A DNA stretch of 40,000 nt from Desulfatiglandales bacterium (GCA_963667015.2 CAXXJJ010000001.1:2148000-2187999); one strand, 5' to 3'; counted from the first letter of the stretch, positions 18,295 through 26,124 are shown. Notes: generated by a model not told the origin, from the sequence alone. Numbers and translations are program-made.

Positions 18295-19375
18295 TTAATA
18301 TTTCAATAACCTATGATATAAGCTTGTAAGCGCCATCTTTTGCTATTCTTTCACCCCGCTCTACAGAAATACTAATGTTACCTTTACTTAACTCAAATTT
18401 CTTTGCCAATATTGTATGAGAGATACCCAACTCTCTGGAAGCCCAGTAACATAAAAGACTCCTTGCTTTCACTTTCCGGATTTGACTACCCTTAGAAAGA
18501 ACCTCATCCTTGTCCATATCCAATACTTCAGCAACTCTATCTGTTATCCGGTCCAGATCATACCCTTTTCGTTTTAGCATGTATTTTCTTTCATATTCTT
18601 CTTCAGACTGTGAGATTATTGAATCCACAAAATCAGAATCACCAAGAATCCTTTCATCCCCCATTATTTTTACACCGGACTTAAACACTTCTTTTGCTTC
18701 AGTCCATCCACCAAGGCTTCTTATCAGTCCTCCTCCTGTTAATTCAGGTTTACATCCTTCCTTAATTCCTTTTTTAATAAATGAGATATATTCTTTTTGG
18801 GCGGCCTTCTTGTTTTTATCAAAATATCCAAGGATATAGTTTGTATCCTGCCACTCATACTCACCTTTACTCATCATATTTTTATGACCGCAATATTTAT
18901 AGTTTTTTAATTCAGTAAAAGTGTTAACAATTCCTGCACGAATTGGGTTAAGGTGAATATACCTTACAAGTTCAAGGAGATATGTATCTTCCTGACATAT
19001 GATTGATTTATATCGATTCTGAAACAACTGCCCCTGTCGTTTGTGTCTACGGTTAAAAGAAATTACATATCCGGTGAGTAGTCTTCTCATTAATTTGGAG
19101 AGGGGTACATTTCCTGTTCGGAAAAGAAAATGGGCGTGATTGGACATAAAAGCCCATGCATAGCAGGTTATGTGCATTTGGGGACATAATTTTTCCAGTC
19201 GGTCAATAAAGTCATTACGGTCTTTATTGCTCCAAAATATCTTTTTACCTTCAATACCCCTGATCATTACATGATGCAATACTCCGGGGGCGTCTAGTCT
19301 TGCTGTTCTTGGCATCTAATGAAAATATTAAAATTTAAAGACGCTGTCAATTAAAATATTAAACATCGTCCCTCT
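18282..19375 (-). mobile_element. RAYT / IS200-like Y1 transposase element bounded by a 22-bp perfect inverted repeat
   Basis: agagggacgatgtttaatattt (18282-18303) is the exact reverse complement of aaatattaaacatcgtccctct (19354-19375). The two bracket the transposase ORF. Confidence 0.65.
18311..19315 (-). CDS. REP-associated tyrosine (Y1, IS200-like) transposase with C-terminal DnaA-C-like HTH
   Basis: VLHHVMIRG...AWAFMSNHAHFL (HUH-type HxH)...FQNRYKS...YIHLNP blocks of the Y1_Tnp/RAYT family. The C-terminal ...ARSLLCYWASRELGISHTILAKKF... is HTH-like. Confidence 0.85.
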   Translation of the reverse strand: MPRTARLDAPGVLHHVMIRGIEGKKIFWSNKDRNDFIDRLEKLCPQMHITCYAWAFMSNHAHFLFRTGNVPLSKLMRRLLTGYVISFNRRHKRQGQLFQNRYKSIICQEDTYLLELVRYIHLNPIRAGIVNTFTELKNYKYCGHKNMMSKGEYEWQDTNYILGYFDKNKKAAQKEYISFIKKGIKEGCKPELTGGGLIRSLGGWTEAKEVFKSGVKIMGDERILGDSDFVDSIISQSEEEYERKYMLKRKGYDLDRITDRVAEVLDMDKDEVLSKGSQIRKVKARSLLCYWASRELGISHTILAKKFELSKGNISISVERGERIAKDGAYKLIS

Positions 19376-19395
19376 TTATTTGCCATTTCCACATA

Positions 19396-19453
19396 CTTTT
19401 AAAGACCAATTTGGCAAGATAGTAAGCACGTCGTGTTGAATTTATTGTTATGA
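19396..19453 (-). other. truncated attC (distal end of cassette array)
   Basis: Matches only the right half (+ strand) of the long attC family seen at 39444-39571 (cttttaaagacc...gttgaatttattGTTATGA). The half carrying the YYAACG core is absent. Confidence 0.6.
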
Positions 19454-19457
19454 AAAA

Positions 19458-19724
19458 TTACTTGCCAGTTACCATATAGTAAATGAAGAATAAAACAAAA
19501 CCGATTAAAAATAATATAGAAGTTGTACCACACCATTTTTTGAATGGACCATTTTCTTTTAAAGTAAAATAATAATAGGTTGTTGTTATAGGTCCGAATA
19601 GTAAAATTAAAACACCTTTGATGATACTGCTTTTGAATCCATGAAACAAAGCTAACAATGCAGCGATTAACCATGCTGCACTGAATGCTGTAGCAACTAT
19701 TTTAATAATTTCCATATAAATCAC
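19458..19724 (-). CDS. cassette ORF: small membrane protein
   Basis: 88 aa with three hydrophobic helices. The alternative overlapping ORF 19399..19674 runs through the attC and is less likely. Confidence 0.5.
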   Translation of the reverse strand: MIYMEIIKIVATAFSAAWLIAALLALFHGFKSSIIKGVLILLFGPITTTYYYFTLKENGPFKKWCGTTSILFLIGFVLFFIYYMVTGK

Positions 19725-19746
19725 TATCTCCCTTTAATTCGATTTC

Positions 19747-19811
19747 ATAACGCGCTGCATAAGCGGTTTGGCAAGTTTTTCGCCAAATCCGACTTGATGC
19801 TGATGTTAGCG
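19747..19811 (-). other. attC site (short family A)
   Basis: ATAACG cgctgcataagcggtttggcaag/tttttcgccaaatccg... GTTAGCG. Imperfect palindrome. The right core overlaps the TAA stop of ORF 19806..20354. Confidence 0.75.
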
Positions 19812-20354
19812 ATTTATTGATTTTAGATAATTACATAAATTGTTTGCTGTAATTATATATTGTTCGGTACTTGTATTTGATATTTCTATTTCTGATGCAT
19901 GAACTGCGTCATTTCTAAGTGCACGAAGGTCATGCAATAAAACTGCTATGGGGCCACTTATGATTTCTGCTTTTCGAAACTGGTCTATAAACCTTTTTAT
20001 ATTTCCCTGCTTTATATCTTGTAGATTCATTCGTTTTGCGGCTTCTTTTAATTCATATTCCACTGAACGCCATGCTTCCATTATAGCCGCACGGGGTGAT
20101 ATATCTGCTATTTCCCTTAAAGCAGTAATAGGAACTATAGTGTGCTCGATAAGCTTTTCAGATTCTAAAGGCAAGATGGCTTCAGCGCGTTTTTCCAATT
20201 CTCCGAACTCTAAGTTTAAGTCCTTATATTGGAATTTTTTAATTTGGGGTAGTAATTTCCCTAAAGGTTTTCTCAGGATTATTACCGCAATTATTACAGT
20301 TAATGGCCACGCTAAGTTTCCTATAAGGCTAGATATAAATGTGAGCCAGTCCAT
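19806..20354 (-). CDS. cassette ORF: N-terminal TM helix + HEPN/DUF4145-like domain
   Basis: 182 aa. Hydrophobic N-terminus WPLTVIIAVIIL. C-terminal LRALRNDAVH fits the HEPN Rx4-6H motif. Confidence 0.65.
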   Translation of the reverse strand: MDWLTFISSLIGNLAWPLTVIIAVIILRKPLGKLLPQIKKFQYKDLNLEFGELEKRAEAILPLESEKLIEHTIVPITALREIADISPRAAIMEAWRSVEYELKEAAKRMNLQDIKQGNIKRFIDQFRKAEIISGPIAVLLHDLRALRNDAVHASEIEISNTSTEQYIITANNLCNYLKSINR

Positions 20355-20373
20355 ATTCCCTCTTCTATTTAAT

Positions 20374-20500
20374 CGCTAACGATTAACTAACGAGCACGCG
20401 GTGCGCACCACTATAATATATTTATAAGAATGAATGCCGATAACCTTTAATGGCTGATTCGGCGAGATAGTAGCGCGTCACGTTGAGTGCCATGTTAGCT
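20374..20500 (-). other. attC site (long family B relative)
   Basis: CTAACG attaactaacgagcacgcggtgcgcacc ... ggcgagatagtagcgcgtcacgttgagtgccat GTTAGCT. About 127 bp, with complementary arms. Confidence 0.7.
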
Positions 20501-21114
20501 CATATAACTTTTGATTTTATTATACCTTTGCTTTTCAAATATTTCCTCTCGAATCGCTTTAGCAACTGTGACAATGTTGATATATTTTTCGAATGGGCTA
20601 AAATCAATGGCGACTTTAGCTCTATAATTAAAGGTGGATCATTTTTGCCTTCAAATATTTTTATCAGATCTTCCATAGATGTTATGGATTCGATTAACTC
20701 GGCATCACTGTCTTTAAAATGTGCTAAACGATTACGCAATTCTATGGATCTCTTAATTTCTGGCAACAATTCTTGATACTTGGTTTTTAAAGTTTCAACA
20801 CTAAGACTGAAAATAAGCCTTAATTTATCTAAAAGAGAAGCTCGTTTTAAAAGCTCCCAGGTTATTTTCCCATACTCGTTATCATGGGATTCATTTTTGA
20901 CTACTTCTCTGAGAATACGATTGGTAAGTGCTTCAATATAGAAAATACCAAAAATGAAAATATTTATACCTGCTTTTAAATTTTCTGGAGACCTTGATAT
21001 TGAGCGACGTGCATTAGAAAATATCTGGCTATAAAAATTATCTAATCTCGCATTTTCAAATAGACTTGTGATTTGCCCATTTTCAAAACCCAGTTTTAAA
21101 GTTCCATCACGCAT
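20500..21114 (-). CDS. cassette ORF: HEPN-like protein
   Basis: 204 aa, all-helical character. IELRNRLAHF fits the Rx4-6H HEPN motif. Confidence 0.65.
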   Translation of the reverse strand: MRDGTLKLGFENGQITSLFENARLDNFYSQIFSNARRSISRSPENLKAGINIFIFGIFYIEALTNRILREVVKNESHDNEYGKITWELLKRASLLDKLRLIFSLSVETLKTKYQELLPEIKRSIELRNRLAHFKDSDAELIESITSMEDLIKIFEGKNDPPLIIELKSPLILAHSKNISTLSQLLKRFERKYLKSKGIIKSKVI

Positions 21115-21141
21115 AGTATACCTACTGATACCTTATAAAAG

Positions 21142-21275
21142 AGCTAACGAAAAGCATTACAGGCCGTGCGGTGCACACCAACTTACCTTTTTAAAGGTGC
21201 GATGATACTGAGTTGGCAGATAGTTTAAAAAAGGCGAAAAAAATAGCACGGTCCTTGTAGATGCAATGGTTGGCT
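21142..21275 (-). other. attC site (family B), belongs to ORF-less cassette copy A
   Basis: CTAACG aaaagcattacaggccgtgcggtgcacacc ... agcacggtccttgtagatgcaat GGTTGGC. Confidence 0.75.
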
Positions 21276-21540
21276 GCCGCCAACCTGTTTATTTTGTTTT
21301 TGACTGCTTACTTTCAATTACTGTTTTTTAAAGATTTGATGCTTTTTGAATACTATGTTTTTTGATTCTTCTTTTTATATTGTTCTGAATTATTTTTCAA
21401 AGGAATTTCCGGGGAATGGATTTCCTTTGTTTTTTGTTACCTTTTTATTTCCAGATCAATTCTCGCGCCCTTGAGTTACATGTTATTAATAACTGCCTTT
21501 CTACTGCCACGATATTTTGTTTTTATCATTTCCCAGCACG
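21276..21540 (-). repeat. ORF-less cassette body, copy A
   Basis: T-rich on +. No ORF of 60 aa or more on either strand. Near-identical to 24708-24979 and 35861-36124 for most of its length. Confidence 0.8.
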
Positions 21541-21668
21541 CCAACGTTTGCGATAAGGAGTTGGCGGGTTAATGGTGCCGATGGTCGATAAAGTATGAAG
21601 ACCATTGATGCTACTGAATTTCAATCGGCAAGAAAAACCAGCCAATCACCTTGATTGCAGGGTTAGAA
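21539..21668 (-). other. attC site (family E)
   Basis: CCAACG tttgcgataaggagttggcgggttaatggtgccgatggtcgataaagtatgaag... GGTTAGA. Same family as 38119-38240. Confidence 0.7.
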
Positions 21669-21714
21669 AGTTTTGGGTCTGTGTCTTGATAAAATATTAC
21701 CAAAACGCTTTTTA

Positions 21715-21945
21715 TTAATGTTTGTAGATAAAAAACATGAAAAACAAAATAAAGCTAATAAAAATTTCCATTAAACCAAAAATGATAAAGTTAATTCCGT
21801 GATTGCGATTTGTACCAGAAGTATGAATATGCCAAAATTGAAAACGCTCAGGCTCTTCTTTATACTTTTTCCATCCGGCACAAATTAAATATATGCCAGC
21901 TAAAAAACAAATTAAGACTATTGATATGAATAACACATATTTCAT
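21715..21945 (-). CDS. cassette ORF: small two-TM membrane protein
   Basis: 76 aa with hydrophobic N- and C-terminal helices. One ORF per cassette unit. Confidence 0.5.
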   Translation of the reverse strand: MKYVLFISIVLICFLAGIYLICAGWKKYKEEPERFQFWHIHTSGTNRNHGINFIIFGLMEIFISFILFFMFFIYKH

Positions 21946-21955
21946 ATTTGTGACT

Positions 21956-22022
21956 TTCTAACGCGCTGCATAAGCGGATTGGCAAGCTTTTCGCCAATTC
22001 CGACTTAATGCTGATGTTAGTG
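21956..22022 (-). other. attC site (family A)
   Basis: CTAACG cgctgcataagcggattggcaagcttttcgccaattccg... GTTAGTG. Near-identical to 19747-19811. Overlaps the TAA of ORF 22017..22604. Confidence 0.8.
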
Positions 22023-22604
22023 ATTAATAATTTCGATACATTCAAATGGATGAGTTATTGCAATTAGATGTCCACCATTTTTTATTTTATTACAATTACT
22101 AGGACAGAATATTACTCTGTCTTTTTCTCCATGCACTCTTTTTATAATAGATGAATCACCATTGAACCCTTGCCAATTTTTTATTGCATGACACATAGCT
22201 CTTATAAAATCGGTATCAGATAGACTGAACATCTCTAATACCTCATTATGATATTTGCCTGCAATGGCTTGAATAAGCTTTAATGGTGTTACATCACTAA
22301 GAGGGGTTAATAACCGGAGTAATGGATTTACCTCCGATTTTGAAATAGCACTACCGAATAAATACACTTTTTTTAATTTAAGTTTATTTGCTATTTCTAA
22401 CGCAACCATGCCTCCAAGTGAAGAACCAGCAATAACGTCAGTATGAGATATTAAATTTTCATTAATGACTTTTTCTGCAACTTCAGCAAGACTTTTTTCA
22501 CCCTGATACTTTGGCCAATCCAAATATTTCATATTTGGCAAATCAAGCCATGGACCAGAATACATATTTGAATTTGCACCCATTCCGGGAAGTGTATATA
22601 TCAT
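22017..22604 (-). CDS. cassette ORF: alpha/beta hydrolase
   Basis: 195 aa. Nucleophile elbow GSSLGGMVA (GxSxG) and a late His (GGHL). Confidence 0.7.
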   Translation of the reverse strand: MIYTLPGMGANSNMYSGPWLDLPNMKYLDWPKYQGEKSLAEVAEKVINENLISHTDVIAGSSLGGMVALEIANKLKLKKVYLFGSAISKSEVNPLLRLLTPLSDVTPLKLIQAIAGKYHNEVLEMFSLSDTDFIRAMCHAIKNWQGFNGDSSIIKRVHGEKDRVIFCPSNCNKIKNGGHLIAITHPFECIEIINH

Positions 22605-22614
22605 TGTCTTTGAT

Positions 22615-22699
22615 CACTAACGGCCAGCTTACCAGCCCCGCCGTGATTTCCGCAACTAGCAAGGAACCCTCCGGGGTCTGGTAGAGCGACATGTTAAGT
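22615..22699 (-). other. attC site (family C)
   Basis: CTAACG gccagcttaccagccccgccgtgatttcc...ggaaccctccggggtctggtagagcgacat GTTAAGT. Confidence 0.8.
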
Positions 22700-23101
22700 G
22701 TTTACTTGTGCACCATCCCACATTGATAATAATCGGTTTGATTCAGTTTTTGGCATTTTCCCTATTCCATGAAGATACCACACTATAAATGTACCGAATA
22801 ATTTAAGTGCATCCAATGCTGTACCATTTATAGAAATATTATTTTTTGCAGATATTTCATAACAAATATTTACTGGGTTGGCTCGTTCGTTTACTGGTTC
22901 ACGTGGAGCCTTTGAGTATATATTAAAAGGTAAATTTGCTCCATTTGCAGCATATAAAATTGGTCCGATTGATTCAATTTGCATGATTGATAGTTCAATG
23001 GATATATTAATTTCATCAATTGCAGTTGTGACAACATTCACGCCAGGTAACATTTTCAACACAGTACTTAATTCTTTAATTGTATTCTGTATATTATCCA
23101 T
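22694..23101 (-). CDS. cassette ORF: hypothetical protein
   Basis: 135 aa. Stop lies within the attC core. No family recognised. Confidence 0.55.
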   Translation of the reverse strand: MDNIQNTIKELSTVLKMLPGVNVVTTAIDEINISIELSIMQIESIGPILYAANGANLPFNIYSKAPREPVNERANPVNICYEISAKNNISINGTALDALKLFGTFIVWYLHGIGKMPKTESNRLLSMWDGAQVNT

Positions 23102-23120
23102 ATGGTAACTTTATTGGGAC

Positions 23121-23205
23121 ACTTAACGACTAGCTTACCAGCCCCGCCGTGATTTCAACAACAAGCAAGGAACCCTCCGGGGTCTGGTAGAGCGACAGGT
23201 TATGA
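23121..23205 (-). other. attC site (family C)
   Basis: TTAACG actagcttaccagccccgccgtgatttcaac...ggaaccctccggggtctggtagagcgacag GTTATGA. Nearly identical to 22615-22699. Confidence 0.8.
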
Positions 23206-23206
23206 C

Positions 23207-23518
23207 TTAATCATCTTTTGATTCATAGGTATATAATTCATCCCATATGATTCCATCACTATTACTTGCTTCTTTGGCTAAAGAATCATATTTACTTTGT
23301 TCCTCTTCGGTATCCCAAGGGACTTCATCATATTCAGATACAAATTCAACTCGAGTTATTTTGAAACCTTCTTCTTCAATTGCATTTTTTATTTTTGGGA
23401 TGGCTTCAAGTACACCTTCGGCCTTGAAGAATAAATATACGAAGCCCCCAATACAATTTTCATACGCTGGTGGATCTAAGATATCAAATTCAACACTTGT
23501 CCAGTATATATTACTCAT
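23207..23518 (-). CDS. cassette ORF: small acidic hypothetical protein
   Basis: 103 aa with no TM segment and an acidic C-terminal half. Confidence 0.55.
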   Translation of the reverse strand: MSNIYWTSVEFDILDPPAYENCIGGFVYLFFKAEGVLEAIPKIKNAIEEEGFKITRVEFVSEYDEVPWDTEEEQSKYDSLAKEASNSDGIIWDELYTYESKDD

Positions 23519-23527
23519 ACTTCCTCG

Positions 23528-23658
23528 TCATAACGTGTGCATTACAAGCCGGGCGGTGCAAACCAACTTACCATATTTAATATACAAAGATTTATAGTTG
23601 GTGGAGATTTTAAAAAAGCGTAAAAAAAGCCCGGTCTTAGTAAATGCAATGGTTCTGC
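23528..23658 (-). other. attC site (family B)
   Basis: ATAACG tgtgcattacaagccgggcggtgcaaaccaacttacc ... agcccggtcttagtaaatgcaat GGTTCTG. Confidence 0.75.
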
Positions 23659-23666
23659 ATCTCCTA

Positions 23667-24005
23667 TTATAATTTTCTTGAGTATATGTAACTTATAACT
23701 GCTGGCACCAAAACAATCATTGGTGCACATGCAACTAATATTATCCTGAGTTCATTGTTTTTCAAAGGTAGGAAAAATGTTATTACACCAAAAATAATAA
23801 GCGGAACGGACCATATGATAAGTTGTTTTCCGCCGTAGGCATTGATTTTATACCAATTCTCTTCCGACTCAAAAGATTTCTTAAATCGAATCCCAAATAT
23901 TTGATTCATTGAGATACTTTTCTGAACTAAAGGTATGCTAATAATAATCATTAAAATTCCAACGAAAATATTACTGATACCCAAAATGATATTAACCATA
24001 TCCAT
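23667..24005 (-). CDS. cassette ORF: SdpI/YhfL-family membrane protein
   Basis: 112 aa. The block NQIFGIRFKKSFESEENWYKIN between TM helices resembles the SdpI family GIRT...W motif. Confidence 0.6.
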   Translation of the reverse strand: MDMVNIILGISNIFVGILMIIISIPLVQKSISMNQIFGIRFKKSFESEENWYKINAYGGKQLIIWSVPLIIFGVITFFLPLKNNELRIILVACAPMIVLVPAVISYIYSRKL

Positions 24006-24019
24006 TGTCTATTCCTCCT

Positions 24020-24085
24020 GCAGAACGCCGAAAATAACCGGCCGGCGAGCTTTTCCGCCGGTCGGCGTTAATTTTATTGTTAAGC
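24020..24085 (-). other. attC site (short family D relative)
   Basis: AGAACG ccgaaaataaccggccggcgagcttttccgccggtcggcgttaattttatt GTTAAGC. Confidence 0.75.
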
Positions 24086-24568
24086 GATGTTGTTTTTAAA
24101 TTCTGTTTCTAAAGTTTTTATACGATCAATTAAATAAGTAAGTACAGTATTACAAAGGAGAAGCATTTTCTCAATTAATGCGTCGATATTGTCATACAAA
24201 TGAGATGATTTCTGGACAATTGGAAATATGTCTTGCTTTGTCCAATAATGCAGTCTTGGATTATATGCCGTTATATCACTATGTGCTATACGTTGATCAC
24301 GCTCAGCTATCAAGGCGTCATGATCAGTGTTCCCATTAGGGTAAATAGATTCTTTCTGCAAAGGCTTAAAATGTTTTTGATAAATCCCTCTGCTTCCAGT
24401 GAAAGGTCTAGCATATTCGATGATACAATATTTTACTAATACCGACTTTAACGTTCCGTCTTTTTCTGACTTGGCACGATCAAGTAAAGTGATAGCATTT
24501 GTAATATCTCCATGTGCTAGCCTCATGCTTACATATTCTTCTTCTATCTGTGATTCCATATTCTCCAT
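24080..24568 (-). CDS. cassette ORF: HEPN-like (AbiU2-like?) protein
   Basis: 162 aa, helical. ERDQRIAHSD fits an Rx4-6H motif. Confidence 0.55.
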   Translation of the reverse strand: MENMESQIEEEYVSMRLAHGDITNAITLLDRAKSEKDGTLKSVLVKYCIIEYARPFTGSRGIYQKHFKPLQKESIYPNGNTDHDALIAERDQRIAHSDITAYNPRLHYWTKQDIFPIVQKSSHLYDNIDALIEKMLLLCNTVLTYLIDRIKTLETEFKNNIA

Positions 24569-24574
24569 TTATGC

Positions 24575-24707
24575 GCTTAACGAAAAGCATTACAGGCAGT
24601 GCGGTGCACACCAACTTACAATGTTAAAGGTGCGTGGATACTGAATTGCCAGATAGTTTAAAAAAGGCGAAAAAATAGCACGGTCCTTGCAGATGCAATG
24701 GTTGGCT
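24575..24707 (-). other. attC site (family B), belongs to ORF-less cassette copy B
   Basis: TTAACG aaaagcattacaggcagtgcggtgcacacc ... agcacggtccttgcagatgcaat GGTTGGC. Confidence 0.75.
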
Positions 24708-24979
24708 GCCGCCAACCTGTTTAGTTTGTTTTTGACTGCTTACTTTCAATCACTGACTTTTAAAGACTTGATGCTTTTTGAAAACTATGTTTTTTGATTC
24801 TTCTTTTTATATTGTTCTGAATTATTTTTCAAAAAAATTTCCGGGGAATGGATTTCCTTTGTTTTTTGTTACCTTTTTATTTCCAGATCAAGATCAATTC
24901 TCGCGCCCTTGAGTTACATGTTATTGGCAACTTCATTTCCGCTTCCCCTGTAATTATTTTCTTCCTTCTTTCAAGCACG
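24708..24979 (-). repeat. ORF-less cassette body, copy B
   Basis: Aligns by eye with copies A and C. Has a 6-nt gatcaa duplication and GG>AA changes in the hairpin arm. Confidence 0.8.
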
Positions 24980-25035
24980 CCAACGCCCAGTTTAACCGGC
25001 GGGCGTAGCCCGTCCTGTTGAAACTGATGTTAGTG
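24978..25035 (-). other. attC site (very short, family D relative)
   Basis: CCAACG cccagtttaaccggcgggcgtagcccgtcctgttgaaactgat GTTAGTG. About 58 bp. Confidence 0.7.
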
Positions 25036-25383
25036 TGATTTTTCTATTGTATATTCGCTAACTTTGCCCTTTGTGTTGCGAACAACTATTTTGTCAGTGG
25101 ATTTGGATACAAGTGTTAGTTTCTCTGCTTGACCGATACAGAGAATTCCATCTACGATTTCCCAATATATGATATTCGATGTTGCCCAACCTTCCTTTTC
25201 TGAACTCCATGAAATGAGTACATCTCCTTCCATAAATTCATAGGAAGATTGTTTATCACCATCATCTTTACTCATGGTCAAGCCAATAACGTCTTCCGCC
25301 TTCCACTCTATTGATGTAGATTGCCTATTGGTGCAGCATGAAATTGATAGCGTTAAAAATAATGCTATTAATATACGAATCAA
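25030..25383 (-). CDS. cassette ORF: small lipoprotein
   Basis: MIRILIALFLTLSISCC lipobox-like signal. 117 aa. Confidence 0.6.
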   Translation of the reverse strand: MIRILIALFLTLSISCCTNRQSTSIEWKAEDVIGLTMSKDDGDKQSSYEFMEGDVLISWSSEKEGWATSNIIYWEIVDGILCIGQAEKLTLVSKSTDKIVVRNTKGKVSEYTIEKSH

Positions 25384-25409
25384 ATTATTACCTCGCTATG
25401 CCCCATAAA

Positions 25410-25475
25410 CACTAACGGGTTGATAACCAGCCTGGCGAGCTTTTTGCTAGGTCTGAGTTTATTAAATTGTTGTGC
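25410..25475 (-). other. attC site (short family D relative)
   Basis: CTAACG ggttgataaccagcctggcgagctttttgctaggtctgagtttattaaatt GTTGTGC. Confidence 0.7.
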
Positions 25476-25478
25476 TCT

Positions 25479-26105
25479 CTAGGACAGCCAAACAATGAGT
25501 CTACTAGTGCGAACCCATTTTCCTTTGTCCTTTTTAAGGAGCCAAAAAGTTCCTGACCCCCATTTACCATCTTGAGAATTTTCGATATATACGATTGCTG
25601 CGTTTTTATCAGTATCAAAGCCCACTCGTGACAAACGAAAGTATCCAAGTGCATTTGGGTAATGCTTATAAAAAGAATCCCACCACTTTGTGGGGGAAAA
25701 AGCTTCTTCCCGTTGTTTTTCAGAGATAAGGAAATGTTTGTCTGCAAATTTGAAATAATCGTTTAGAATATATTGATCCTTGTTTTCGCTCACCCAAGAT
25801 TTCAAGGCATATTCTGGAAAAGATGTATTTTCAACCTCGATCTTTTTAAGCAACTCTTCAATTGATATATCCATGTATTTAGGGCCTGAAATTGTTTCAT
25901 TGATAATAATAATTGTCTTAGGAAGAAGTTGTTTTTCTTTTTTATTTATCATGTCTATATAGCCTGGCTGGCTTAGGTATTCAAGCTCGATCACTGCTTT
26001 ATAAACCTGATACTCTAACGGATCTATCTCTTCAGCATTTGCAGAGCAATATGAAATTATCATTAATATGAAAAAAAGCCTGATATTAAAGCGATGTGAT
26101 TTCAT
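25479..26105 (-). CDS. cassette ORF: secreted hypothetical protein
   Basis: Preferred start ATG 26105 (GGGGGA upstream) gives the signal peptide MKSHRFNIRLFFILMIISYCSANA. The track start 26117 (TTG) is less likely. Confidence 0.6.
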   Translation of the reverse strand: MKSHRFNIRLFFILMIISYCSANAEEIDPLEYQVYKAVIELEYLSQPGYIDMINKKEKQLLPKTIIIINETISGPKYMDISIEELLKKIEVENTSFPEYALKSWVSENKDQYILNDYFKFADKHFLISEKQREEAFSPTKWWDSFYKHYPNALGYFRLSRVGFDTDKNAAIVYIENSQDGKWGSGTFWLLKKDKGKWVRTSRLIVWLS

Positions 26106-26124
26106 TTTATCCCCCAAGCACCGG

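Noticed and set aside
18311-19315. The tyrosine transposase as the missing integron integrase.
   Set aside because: - It has HUH/Y1 (IS200/RAYT) motifs, not the R-H-R-Y tyrosine recombinase fold of IntI.
- It lies at the distal end of the array (the end cassette transcription runs toward), the opposite end from where intI is expected.
21352-21475. F-rich 46-52 codon + strand ORF inside the ORF-less cassette (MFFDSSFYIVLNYFSKEFPGNGFPLFFVTF...).
   Set aside because: - It is a by-product of the T-rich strand.
- There is no Shine-Dalgarno sequence.
- A 2-nt deletion changes the frame in copy C, although the 6-nt insertion in copy B happens to be in frame.
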